From NCBI GenBank assembly GCA_963662585.1, contig OY759729.1, positions 1,440,001 to 1,504,000 of the forward strand: DNA of 64,000 nt. The letters are read 5' to 3'. The notes under the pieces were generated by a model. The model saw only the letters and a program-made list of their open reading frames with translations. It ran no database searches and was not told the origin of the DNA. The DNA is from Candidatus Cloacimonadales bacterium (GTDB lineage Bacteria > Cloacimonadota > Cloacimonadia > Cloacimonadales > JAFGVF01). Shown piece after piece: positions 31,763 to 40,628 of the stretch; within the stretch, counting starts at the first letter, position 1; each line of letters opens with the position of its first letter. The position numbers and the translations under genes are program-made.

Positions 31763-31764
31763 TG

Positions 31765-34029
31765 CTATTTCATCAGCAACATCTTCTTCACTATTTCTTT
31801 TCCCCCACTTTTTACTTTATAAAAATAATTTCCTGAACTAACTTGCTTACCATCTTCATTATCACCTTGCCAAATAATCTTATACTGTCCCGCTTCTTGA
31901 GTCTCGTTAAGCAAGCTTTTAACCTTCTGTCCTTTGAGGTTATAAATATCGACAGAGACATTTCCTTGCTTAGATATATCATAGGAGATGGTTGTTTCAG
32001 GATTAAAAGGATTAGGGTAATTAGTAGCATTGAGAGAGACTGGAGTTATTTCTAGGTCACCGTTGGGGGTAGCTTGGCAAGAGTAAATCGCATAGTAGTT
32101 ATTATGATAGACTAATAGATCAAAACTATCGGCTGTACCACCTAGTAAAACCTTAACAGAACCAGCCCAACCAGATCCAATTTGGCCTACTCTTACTGGA
32201 ATATCATCAATTAATTTATATATAGAGACTCCTTCTTCGTAATCAACCAAAACACCATTTTCGTAGATTTTTTCTTGTCCACAATACAGAAAATATTCAT
32301 TATACTTTGTCACTCCAAGATTAATATCAGATTGATTTAGGTTATACCTGTGAGAGAGATTTATAGGATCGTAAGAGAGATCAACAACCTTATCCGCTAT
32401 TGTCAAAATATCTCCGAATAAATAAGCTCCATTCCAGGAATCATTAAAAGGTATTGTGATAGAATTTATTTGATTAATCTCATCAATGCTATATTCATGA
32501 ACCTTGACCCCTGTATCATTATTATGCTCATAAAGATAATTATTGTATATGGCATAGCTGTACTTGTAGGGATAATCATCATTATTGCTTATTGACCAAG
32601 TTGGACTAAAAACACCATCTTCATACTTTAAAGAATAAAGACTACTACGCGATCTATAAATCAAATGCCTACCATCCCATTTCAAAACAGAAAACACACC
32701 TGGAATTAAATGTGGTTGAGGTTCATAAGTTGCCTCTAAAATCATATCATCACCACTAAAATCATATAAATACATAATCCCTAAAAATTCATCATATCTA
32801 GCTACTTTCTGCTCATCTTCTAAAAAACTATATGCACTGTTTTCTGGATAATTATTAGGAATTTCCTGAACATTATAAATATTTTCAAGTGAATAAGTAC
32901 TTAGGCTGTAATTTCTTTGAATATTTACTACATAGTAAATATCATTTTTTAGAACCCCCGTTGGAGCTAGATTGATTATTGTTGATTGTCCAATATCCAC
33001 TAAAGTAATAATATCATCATTGATTGTTGCTTTTAACAAAAAATAGCCACTTACTGAAGAAATATAAAGATTGTTATTATTCTGTACAATTGAGCAATCC
33101 TGAGCATATTGGAGATTCGGTCGATTTGAGATATTAGCACTATCTAGCAAATTTATTGCTTGGCTAGAACTAACATCAGAGACATCATATAGATAGAGTT
33201 TCGAGATTACAGGACTAATCCCTTCATAAGATGTAAAAGCAATTCTATCGTCCATATAAGCAATTGTATATTCATAATCCGATAATGCTTGTGATAGATA
33301 GAAAGTACCTAAATACTCTAGACTATCAGTAGCTGTAATATTATAGAAATTAACATCTCCTATATTATAGGTAATCATTTTATTCCCATCTATTGCTACC
33401 TTTCTCTCTTCTTGACCTAAATTATACTTCTTGTGTAAAGTCCCAACTTCGTCAATTACATAATAGTAGTAGCAATTATCACTATAATCAAGCAGTATCG
33501 CTCCTTGGTCACCGAATTTAGTATTAAATATTAAGCTAATATTATCCACATAGCTAACAGGCTGAAAATCATCATAATTAAATATAGTATATTGGTGATT
33601 GCCAGTTTTTATTATAAAATAATCTTCAAACAATTCAGCTGAAAACATATTCTCACTATCGATCTGAATTTCACATAAGAGATTATGTTCATTAGGTACT
33701 GATAAGTCATATATTGAAAAATAGGAAGGATAATTTATTGGGTCTGAGGAATTTACATAGCCAACATATTTAGCTAATTTGCCATCTGAATAATAAACAT
33801 TGTTCCACCCAGGCAAAGATCTTATGTTACTGACATTTTCTAAATCACCATTATCCTGAATCTCATAAATTGAGAATCCATAAGCATTAGCAGTGAGTAT
33901 TTTACCATTTGAATAATGTAGAATACCAATGCCTCCAAAACCGAATTCAGACTGCAATTGGTAATCTAATTCACCATATAAACCTAAAGAAGTAACCCCC
34001 AGAAGTAATAGTATTATAAATTTTTTCAT
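31765..34029 (-). CDS. Secreted propeller-like protein with T9SS-type CTD (paralogue 2)
   Basis: Signal peptide, IYDLS/LYDVSD motifs, CTD nearly identical to paralogues 1 and 3. Confidence 0.85.
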   Translation of the reverse strand: MKKFIILLLLGVTSLGLYGELDYQLQSEFGFGGIGILHYSNGKILTANAYGFSIYEIQDNGDLENVSNIRSLPGWNNVYYSDGKLAKYVGYVNSSDPINYPSYFSIYDLSVPNEHNLLCEIQIDSENMFSAELFEDYFIIKTGNHQYTIFNYDDFQPVSYVDNISLIFNTKFGDQGAILLDYSDNCYYYYVIDEVGTLHKKYNLGQEERKVAIDGNKMITYNIGDVNFYNITATDSLEYLGTFYLSQALSDYEYTIAYMDDRIAFTSYEGISPVISKLYLYDVSDVSSSQAINLLDSANISNRPNLQYAQDCSIVQNNNNLYISSVSGYFLLKATINDDIITLVDIGQSTIINLAPTGVLKNDIYYVVNIQRNYSLSTYSLENIYNVQEIPNNYPENSAYSFLEDEQKVARYDEFLGIMYLYDFSGDDMILEATYEPQPHLIPGVFSVLKWDGRHLIYRSRSSLYSLKYEDGVFSPTWSISNNDDYPYKYSYAIYNNYLYEHNNDTGVKVHEYSIDEINQINSITIPFNDSWNGAYLFGDILTIADKVVDLSYDPINLSHRYNLNQSDINLGVTKYNEYFLYCGQEKIYENGVLVDYEEGVSIYKLIDDIPVRVGQIGSGWAGSVKVLLGGTADSFDLLVYHNNYYAIYSCQATPNGDLEITPVSLNATNYPNPFNPETTISYDISKQGNVSVDIYNLKGQKVKSLLNETQEAGQYKIIWQGDNEDGKQVSSGNYFYKVKSGGKEIVKKMLLMK

Positions 34030-34082
34030 TTTTTAACTCCTTTATTAGAGCGAGGAGAATGAACTCCTCGCTTTTATTTGAT

Positions 34083-34454
34083 TTATTGGGTTATTGGTGT
34101 TCCAGGGTCTCCAGGAACTCTGAGAAAATACTTCTCAATAATATAGTAATCAGTGTAACTCATATCGATTCCTGATTCGTAGATATCACCAGATCCTAAG
34201 TCAATTGGTACTATTCCAACTACATTAACCTTGTATGTCCAATTATCATATACGGTCAATTCTTTAGTAGATGAATTATAATTTTCTTGATCTACTGAAA
34301 TAGGTCTATAAATACCAATCCAATCATTATTATCATACCCTTCTAGGGTGATATCATCTGCACCAAATATTAAGTCCGTCTTAATTTTTATGATATCAGC
34401 ACTAACAACACCAACAGTCAATAAGACCAACATTATTATTATTATCTTTTTCAT
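34083..34454 (-). CDS. Small secreted protein (123 aa) ending PGDPGTPITQ
   Basis: ATG 34454 behind AAGGA; signal peptide MKKIIIIMLVLLTVGVVSA nearly identical to that of 39659-40024. Confidence 0.8.
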   Translation of the reverse strand: MKKIIIIMLVLLTVGVVSADIIKIKTDLIFGADDITLEGYDNNDWIGIYRPISVDQENYNSSTKELTVYDNWTYKVNVVGIVPIDLGSGDIYESGIDMSYTDYYIIEKYFLRVPGDPGTPITQ

Positions 34455-34841
34455 TTTAATATCCTTTTTTTTATTATTTATGTTGATTATCTGCAACATC
34501 ACAGAATGTGTTGATTATTTTCAACACTCTTAATCTTCATGTCTTTAATGACCAAATCTACTTGATTCTTATAGATTTAGTCTCTTGCTATGGATATTTA
34601 AATGCTCTAATATATATATATATGTATTTTAAGGAAGGTCTTTGTCATAAATAACTTAATAGAATTATAAGCATTACAAATATTTTCATTTATAATCATA
34701 GTAAATTCTATTTCATATTTACTTAAAGTTTTCATTATTTTCCTTCCTTTCAATATATATATTACAAACTATATTTATACTTATAAATTTGTCAAATTAT
34801 TTTAAAAAAAAAGTATTGTTTTCATAATGAAAATATTATCC
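34398..34841 (-). repeat. Conserved 5' module, copy B (promoter + leader + signal peptide)
   Basis: Direct repeat of 39968-40414; similarity stops at the signal peptidase site. Confidence 0.9.
34607..34735 (-). CDS. Putative leader peptide (42 aa)
   Basis: AGGAAGGA RBS; MKTLSKY...ICNAYNSIKLFMTKTFLKIHIYIY*; colinear with 40142-40306. Confidence 0.4.
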   Translation of the reverse strand: MKTLSKYEIEFTMIINENICNAYNSIKLFMTKTFLKIHIYIY

Positions 34842-35088
34842 AATATTAACCCATCTCTTTTTGATAGTTCAAAAAAGTTAAACACTTATTAGTATTACTA
34901 TTATTTTTCTTGACTTATTTTTCTTTTTTTTATTCTGGTCATATAAATTATGAACCAAATACAGTAGTATCTTGGAATTATTTAATTGGTAAAGATTATA
35001 ATGTCATTTATGTAGATAATGACAAACATATAACTGTGGTGGATGGTATTGATGATGGAGAAATTAAACATAATATAACGGAGGAAAA

Positions 35089-35892
35089 ATGAAAATATTT
35101 TCATTAATTGTACTATCTTGTTTATTATTATTCGGGTGCAATGAGCATAACCAAATAATAGGTCCACAAAGTTCTAAATCTAGTGATGATGCTGGAACTA
35201 TTCACAACAAATTACTTGATGAGACATTTGATAATATGAAATTAGCATTATCACAGACAACTAACCCAACAGCATTAGATATAATGCATATTGCAAATAC
35301 TTCAATGATGCAAAGTGTTACTTCTCATTCAAGTTTAACTACTACTTCATATACAGAGTTAGTAACATATTTTGATAATAATCTTCCAGTAACTGCAAAC
35401 AGTAATGACTTCGTCAATAATCTAGAAAATTATGTGCTAAAAAATACTGCTTGCTTTGACACAAAAGAGTATAGTTTATTAATAGAACTTATTGATGTTA
35501 TAAAAACTTCAGAATCTAATAATGAGTTTATAAATAGATTGCAAGAGTTAAAGGTAGAAGCTATAGATAATGGGGATGATTGTCATACTACCTACTATAA
35601 TTCCCTTTTAATTGGGTTAAGCTCATATTCCTATTGGGAAAATAATACGGATTTATATATTAATCTAATTGAATCTTATGGTTTTAATCCTTCTCCTCCT
35701 GCATCAATTAGAATATGTGTTGGTGGTGATATAGCTGGTGCTATTGTTGGTGGTGGCATTAGTTGGTGGAATGGTGATGATGCTGAAGATACTTGGATTA
35801 ATATTATTGGGGGAGCTGTAGCGGGTTCAGGAGGTTGGATAATAACAGTAACTGCAGGTTTTGCTACATATATACTTCACGAATATAATTAG
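35089..35892 (+). CDS. Lipoprotein with C-terminal glycine-rich hydrophobic (bacteriocin-like) segment
   Basis: GGAGG RBS, lipobox LFGC, C-terminal DIAGAIVGGG...IIGGAVAGSGG. Confidence 0.75.
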   Translation: MKIFSLIVLSCLLLFGCNEHNQIIGPQSSKSSDDAGTIHNKLLDETFDNMKLALSQTTNPTALDIMHIANTSMMQSVTSHSSLTTTSYTELVTYFDNNLPVTANSNDFVNNLENYVLKNTACFDTKEYSLLIELIDVIKTSESNNEFINRLQELKVEAIDNGDDCHTTYYNSLLIGLSSYSYWENNTDLYINLIESYGFNPSPPASIRICVGGDIAGAIVGGGISWWNGDDAEDTWINIIGGAVAGSGGWIITVTAGFATYILHEYN

Positions 35893-35900
35893 GTGTTAAC

Positions 35901-36161
35901 ATGACACATCTACTTAATTCGTATAGTTCGATAATGTTAGCAATATTACCTACGATAGCTTTTTTTCTTTTTTTATATTTAGATTGTAAAAAGAAAAGCT
36001 TCAATAAAGCACTTGCTAAAGCAGCAGCATTTTCATTAGTCTTTGTACTGCTTAATACTTCTAAAAGTATTAAATACTTTATTATCCTTCTTTGTATTAA
36101 TTCAGTAGTTATATTAATTACTTTACTTGTTCATAAGTTATACACAGCAAGAAAGATATAA
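35901..36161 (+). CDS. Small basic three-TM membrane protein (candidate immunity protein)
   Basis: 86 aa, three hydrophobic segments, 8 bp after the lipoprotein stop. Confidence 0.65.
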   Translation: MTHLLNSYSSIMLAILPTIAFFLFLYLDCKKKSFNKALAKAAAFSLVFVLLNTSKSIKYFIILLCINSVVILITLLVHKLYTARKI

Positions 36162-36280
36162 AATGAACTAAATAAGTATTAGTCATAAGACTTAAGACCA
36201 GCCATTATAGGAGTGGTCTTAACTTGCTTTTATCTTCAAATTATCTTTGGCGAAATTGTTTTATCAATAATTAAAAAACT

Positions 36281-36777
36281 ATGAAAAATAAAGAATCTAA
36301 AAAAATGGATATTACAACCTCAGGAAGTAGAAGGAACTTATACCTTTTCAGGAATATCTATTGCAACAATAAGAATAACTTTAGAACTTCCAGGAGAAGA
36401 ATTAAATGAACTACTTTCAACCGTTAGAAAAGGCTCTTGTTCTCAAGTCAGGTGGAAAAAGATTCTCTCTAATGCTGATTAATAAGCGTTTGCTGAGTTT
36501 ATTAACTATAAGCAGTAACTTTAATGCCGTATGCCACAGGGCTAGAATACTTTAATTATGCAATTCAAGGTTGTTTCTCCACTTAAGTTGAACTTGAACC
36601 TTAGAAAAGAAGTAATTTTAAAAAGGCGGTATTGATTATTTATTAGTTTTTATAAATAAATAAGGACAAAAGATATTTGTTATAGATAATTTAAATAAAG
36701 AAATGAAATTAAAAGCAGACCCAAAGTATCTTTTAGAAAATAACTATTTTACAGTTTTATTTGCAGAAGAGTATTAA
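36281..36777 (+). pseudogene. Decayed plasmid/ICE-type small gene interrupted by a MITE
   Basis: Joins across the insertion as KWILQPQE..GTYTFSG...VRK|EVILK..GGIDYLLVF..*GQKIFVID...NYFTVLFAEEY*; two frameshifts and one stop. Confidence 0.6.
36432..36600. mobile_element. 169-bp MITE with 8-bp target duplication
   Basis: Left end GGCTCTTGTTCTCAAGTCAGGTGGAAA, degenerate right end ...GAACTTGAACC; TTAGAAAA at 36424-36431 and 36601-36608. Confidence 0.75.
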
Positions 36778-36983
36778 ACTCTTCTGCTTTTAATGTAATA
36801 TAAATTTCTTGTATTTTGTTTTTAATAGTGGTTTAATTAATATACACAAGATTTAATTTATTAATTTACTTGATAAATTAAATGAAAAACACATAATAGC
36901 GAACTAGCATAAATCAAGAAATTCCTTGCAATAAATTAGAATAAATGTAATATGGGTTTAATATTATTCATAAAGGGAAAACA

Positions 36984-37301
36984 ATGAGTAAAATAATTTC
37001 AGTAATTAACCAAAAAGGTGGGGTTGGTAAAACAACCATAGCCTTTAACCTGGCGAAAGGGTTAGCTAATAAGGGGTTTAAAGTCTTAGCAATAGATAAT
37101 GACCCCCAAGGAAACTTAACAAGTGCTTTCCTAGAAGACCCCAGAAAGATGACCGCAGATGTGTTAAATTTCTACAAAAATGAGTATGACAAAATTGATC
37201 CATAACAAATAGATGAGAACCTTTTTCTAATTGGTGCCAATATCCATCTGTCTAAAATTACCGACAACGGCTTAGATGTGATCTTTAATTTAAAAGAGGG
37301 G
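36984..37301 (+). pseudogene. Truncated ParA/Soj ATPase
   Basis: [20 protein letters not shown]; in-frame TAA at 37203-37205, ParA-like residues continue to about 37301 then stop. Confidence 0.85.
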
Positions 37302-37349
37302 TATATTTCACTTTTAATTTTTAATTTTTCACTCTTGTAAAGCAAGCCC

Positions 37350-39602
37350 CTACTTCATCAGCAACATTTTCTTCACTATTTCTTCTCCCCCACTTTTTAC
37401 CTTATAAAAATAATTTCCTGAGCTAACTTGTTTACCATCTTCATTATCACCTTGCCAAATAATCTTATGCATACCAGCTTCTTGAGTCTCATTAAGCAAG
37501 CTTTTAACTTTCTGACCTTTGAGGTTATAAATATCAACAGATACATTTCCTTGCTTAGATATATCATAGGATATGGTTGTTTCAGGATTAAAGGGATTAG
37601 GGTAGTTGCTGGCATTTAGGGTTACAGGAGTTATTTCTAAATTGCCGTTGGGAGTTATAGCACATTGATAATAAAAAAGAGAGCCCATCGTAGTTACAAG
37701 CATGTTATAATGACTTGCGTCAACTTGAAAGAGATCTACTGAATTTATTATTGAAGGAAAAATAATGGATTCTAACAAATTATACTGAACTTCATTATCT
37801 GGGTTAAATTCTTTAATTTCAAGTAACCTAGTTTTTGCACCAAGCCCTACTTTACCAATAAAAAGATAATTATCAATATTATTCAACACTTTATCTCCAT
37901 AATCTAATCTATACACCCCAGTAACAGCATAGTTATAAGCATCAATAGCCATAAGGTAGTAGTAATCAGCACCATTAAAACAAACATATTCATTAGAAAA
38001 ACTATCTATTGGAAATGTTGCACTTACTGAAAAAGTAAATGAATTTTCACTTGATACTAACGAATAACTCTCCGCATTAACTTGATAAATATCTATTAAG
38101 CTACCACTATCATTCATGCTGTACAAGCAGTTACCCTTTATAAAAGCTGTATATTCGCTTTGATTGGAAGTTGAGCCTAGATTAAAAGTATATGACTCTA
38201 TAAACTCACCATCAATAAATGTACCAACGAATATATCATTATATAGTTGGTAAACTAGATATTCTTCATTCAGCATCAATGGGGTAAAGTTAAAATATAG
38301 AAGAGGATACTCTGCAGGAAGGCTACCAATTAAGGAGATTGTATCATCCGAATTTAAACAATAAAGCACTAACTCATTATCAAGATAAGATTTTTTATAG
38401 AGATAGTCGGATTGATAGGGGAATTTATGATATTCTCCATTAGCAAAATCATTTTCAATAATTGCTGGAGTCTCTCCATTTGCAAAATCATAAATCACAC
38501 ACTCTCTATCTTTTTTCCTGGCATTTAAATAGATTTTATTATCTCGTGTTAAAAATGATTTTTCCCAATACGCAATATCTCCATACTGGCTAATTATTTC
38601 AAGCCCATCATCTAATATTTCATAACCATTGAGCCCTTCTTCTTCAGAATTTATGTAGATATAATTATTACAAGAAATAGCCTTTTGAGAAAGGTAATAA
38701 TCTCTATTATCCCAGTTCTCTAAGAAAAACTCTTGATCAAAATATTGAAGTTGGTCATCAAGAATGTCGTAAATTCTCAGAACTGGCTCTTCCATCTGGG
38801 AGCTATTATTATAATCACCAGTAACAAAGTATAGTTTTGAATATAATAAATCTATACCTCGAGAATCAAAACCTATGGTGGAACCATTTACAAGAATTGA
38901 ATCTTGAGCTTCTTCTTCGAATATTGTTTCATACATCTTTAGATAATTATTGGTGACAATATAAATGTTTTCATCATCACTTTTGGCATAAGTAATATTT
39001 CTAACTTCTGTTTTAACTGGTATTAACTGATTCTCTTCATCAATAATGACCCACTTAAAAAGCTGAGAAGATAATTCATGGACTAACACAGTTCCATCAT
39101 CTAAAAAAGTTTCGAGATTAATATAATAGTCTGAATAATCATTTAATAGTTCCCCACTCTCAATATCTAACAGCAACGAGTTACTATTTAGTTTATTAAC
39201 TAGAAGTTTGATATTATTCAGTAAATGAACACCTATAATGTTATAACTGGTTTCAATAGTATGAGAAAATTGGATATTTTCAAGATCCTCAATATTATAA
39301 ACATCAATATTGGGCGTTAACCAATGACTGATAGCTAAATAATTATCATTAAAAGTTAATGATTGAAAAACTCTGGTATTAATAGTATCAATAAGGGTTA
39401 AAGCTCCATTAGGATCAGACTGAAAGATAGAAAATCCTTTAGATGTTCCACTTAGTATGTAATTATCTCTAAGGGTATAAAAATAATAACCACAATCGCT
39501 TCCTGTTGTTTCTCCAAATTCGGTAAAGTCATTAAAATCAGATTCAAAACTAAATAGTGTTGATAATGAAATTAAAATAAGTAAGACATATAGATATTTC
39601 AT
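37350..39602 (-). CDS. Secreted propeller-like protein with T9SS-type CTD (paralogue 3)
   Basis: Signal peptide, GFSIF and IYDILD motifs, conserved CTD. Confidence 0.85.
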   Translation of the reverse strand: MKYLYVLLILISLSTLFSFESDFNDFTEFGETTGSDCGYYFYTLRDNYILSGTSKGFSIFQSDPNGALTLIDTINTRVFQSLTFNDNYLAISHWLTPNIDVYNIEDLENIQFSHTIETSYNIIGVHLLNNIKLLVNKLNSNSLLLDIESGELLNDYSDYYINLETFLDDGTVLVHELSSQLFKWVIIDEENQLIPVKTEVRNITYAKSDDENIYIVTNNYLKMYETIFEEEAQDSILVNGSTIGFDSRGIDLLYSKLYFVTGDYNNSSQMEEPVLRIYDILDDQLQYFDQEFFLENWDNRDYYLSQKAISCNNYIYINSEEEGLNGYEILDDGLEIISQYGDIAYWEKSFLTRDNKIYLNARKKDRECVIYDFANGETPAIIENDFANGEYHKFPYQSDYLYKKSYLDNELVLYCLNSDDTISLIGSLPAEYPLLYFNFTPLMLNEEYLVYQLYNDIFVGTFIDGEFIESYTFNLGSTSNQSEYTAFIKGNCLYSMNDSGSLIDIYQVNAESYSLVSSENSFTFSVSATFPIDSFSNEYVCFNGADYYYLMAIDAYNYAVTGVYRLDYGDKVLNNIDNYLFIGKVGLGAKTRLLEIKEFNPDNEVQYNLLESIIFPSIINSVDLFQVDASHYNMLVTTMGSLFYYQCAITPNGNLEITPVTLNASNYPNPFNPETTISYDISKQGNVSVDIYNLKGQKVKSLLNETQEAGMHKIIWQGDNEDGKQVSSGNYFYKVKSGGEEIVKKMLLMK

Positions 39603-39658
39603 AGTTTTTCCTTTTCCCCATAGGTCATGATAACCTATGGGGTTGTAAATTAATTATC

Positions 39659-40024
39659 TTATTGATTTTGCCCTGGATTACCTGGATCTATAGGATCTAG
39701 ATTTGAAAAATCAAACGATACATTATTGTTTGAAGAACTACCATATTCTAAAGTAACATGTTTAATTTCATAATATCCTGGGATTCTGACATCAATATTC
39801 CTACCTACAACAGCAATGATATCATAAGGTAATCCAGACCAGCCAAGAAGATTAGCACCACCATGACCTATAGTCGTTACAAATCTGTAATCATTAGTTC
39901 CGTGAAAAGCAATACCAACAGTTATTACTTCATTTGAATTATTATATGCAGTAGCAACAGCATCATAAGCATTAACAACACAAACAGTCAATAAGACCAA
40001 CATTATTATTATTATCTTTTTCAT
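39659..40024 (-). CDS. Small secreted protein (121 aa) ending PIDPGNPGQNQ
   Basis: Signal peptide MKKIIIIMLVLLTVCVVNA, beta-rich mature part. Confidence 0.8.
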   Translation of the reverse strand: MKKIIIIMLVLLTVCVVNAYDAVATAYNNSNEVITVGIAFHGTNDYRFVTTIGHGGANLLGWSGLPYDIIAVVGRNIDVRIPGYYEIKHVTLEYGSSSNNNVSFDFSNLDPIDPGNPGQNQ

Positions 40025-40414
40025 TTTAAATATCCTTTTTTTTTATTATTTATGTTGATTATCTGCAACACCACAGAATGTGTTGATTTTTTTCAACACT
40101 TTTTAATCTTGATGTCTTTTGTGACCAAATCTACTTGATTGTTATAGATTTAGTCTCTTGCTATGGATATTTAAATGCTCTAATATATATATATGTATTT
40201 TAAGGAAGATCTTTGTCATAAATAACTTAATAGTATTATAATCATTACAAATAGTCCTATTAGTAATTATAGATGATTTTTTTGAATATTTACTCATAAT
40301 TTTCATAACATTTTCCATCCTTCCAATATATATATTACAAATATTATTTACAAATAATTATTTGTCAAACATTTTTTATATAAAAGTATTGTTTTCATAA
40401 TGGAAATATTATCC
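39968..40414 (-). repeat. Conserved 5' module, copy A
   Basis: Direct repeat of 34398-34841. Confidence 0.9.
40142..40306 (-). CDS. Putative leader peptide (54 aa)
   Basis: MKIMSKY...ICNDYNTIKLFMTKIFLKIHIYILEHLNIHSKRLNL*; GGATGGA upstream. Confidence 0.4.
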   Translation of the reverse strand: MKIMSKYSKKSSIITNRTICNDYNTIKLFMTKIFLKIHIYILEHLNIHSKRLNL

Positions 40415-40474
40415 TAAAAATACACACAGAGCTTGAGTTTCTTAATAGCTGTTTTGACTTCTATTAACATTGTT

Positions 40475-40628
40475 GCGCCCCTGTGTCCCCCTCGCGGAGG
40501 CGGATTTAAGAGAAAATGTTAACACCCCCTGTGTCCCCCTCGCGGAGGGGGATGTAAGAAACACCCCGTCATCTTCGATGCCACCCCTCTTTTAGCGTGC
40601 CTTCGGCACTAAAGCGGGGACTTTAAGA
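40475..40628. repeat. Cluster of REP-like GC-rich palindromes
   Basis: CCCCTGTGTCCCCCTCGCGGAGGG(G/C)GAT twice plus a variant; same family near 42140, 42595 and 42840. Confidence 0.8.

Noticed and set aside
34455..34502. 16-aa N-terminal extension of the small protein
   Set aside because: RBS, signal peptide and the paralogue's start all point to ATG 34454
29449..37619. Recurrent 63-72-aa overlapping ORFs in the CTD regions
   Set aside because: Shadow frames conserved only because the CTD DNA is duplicated
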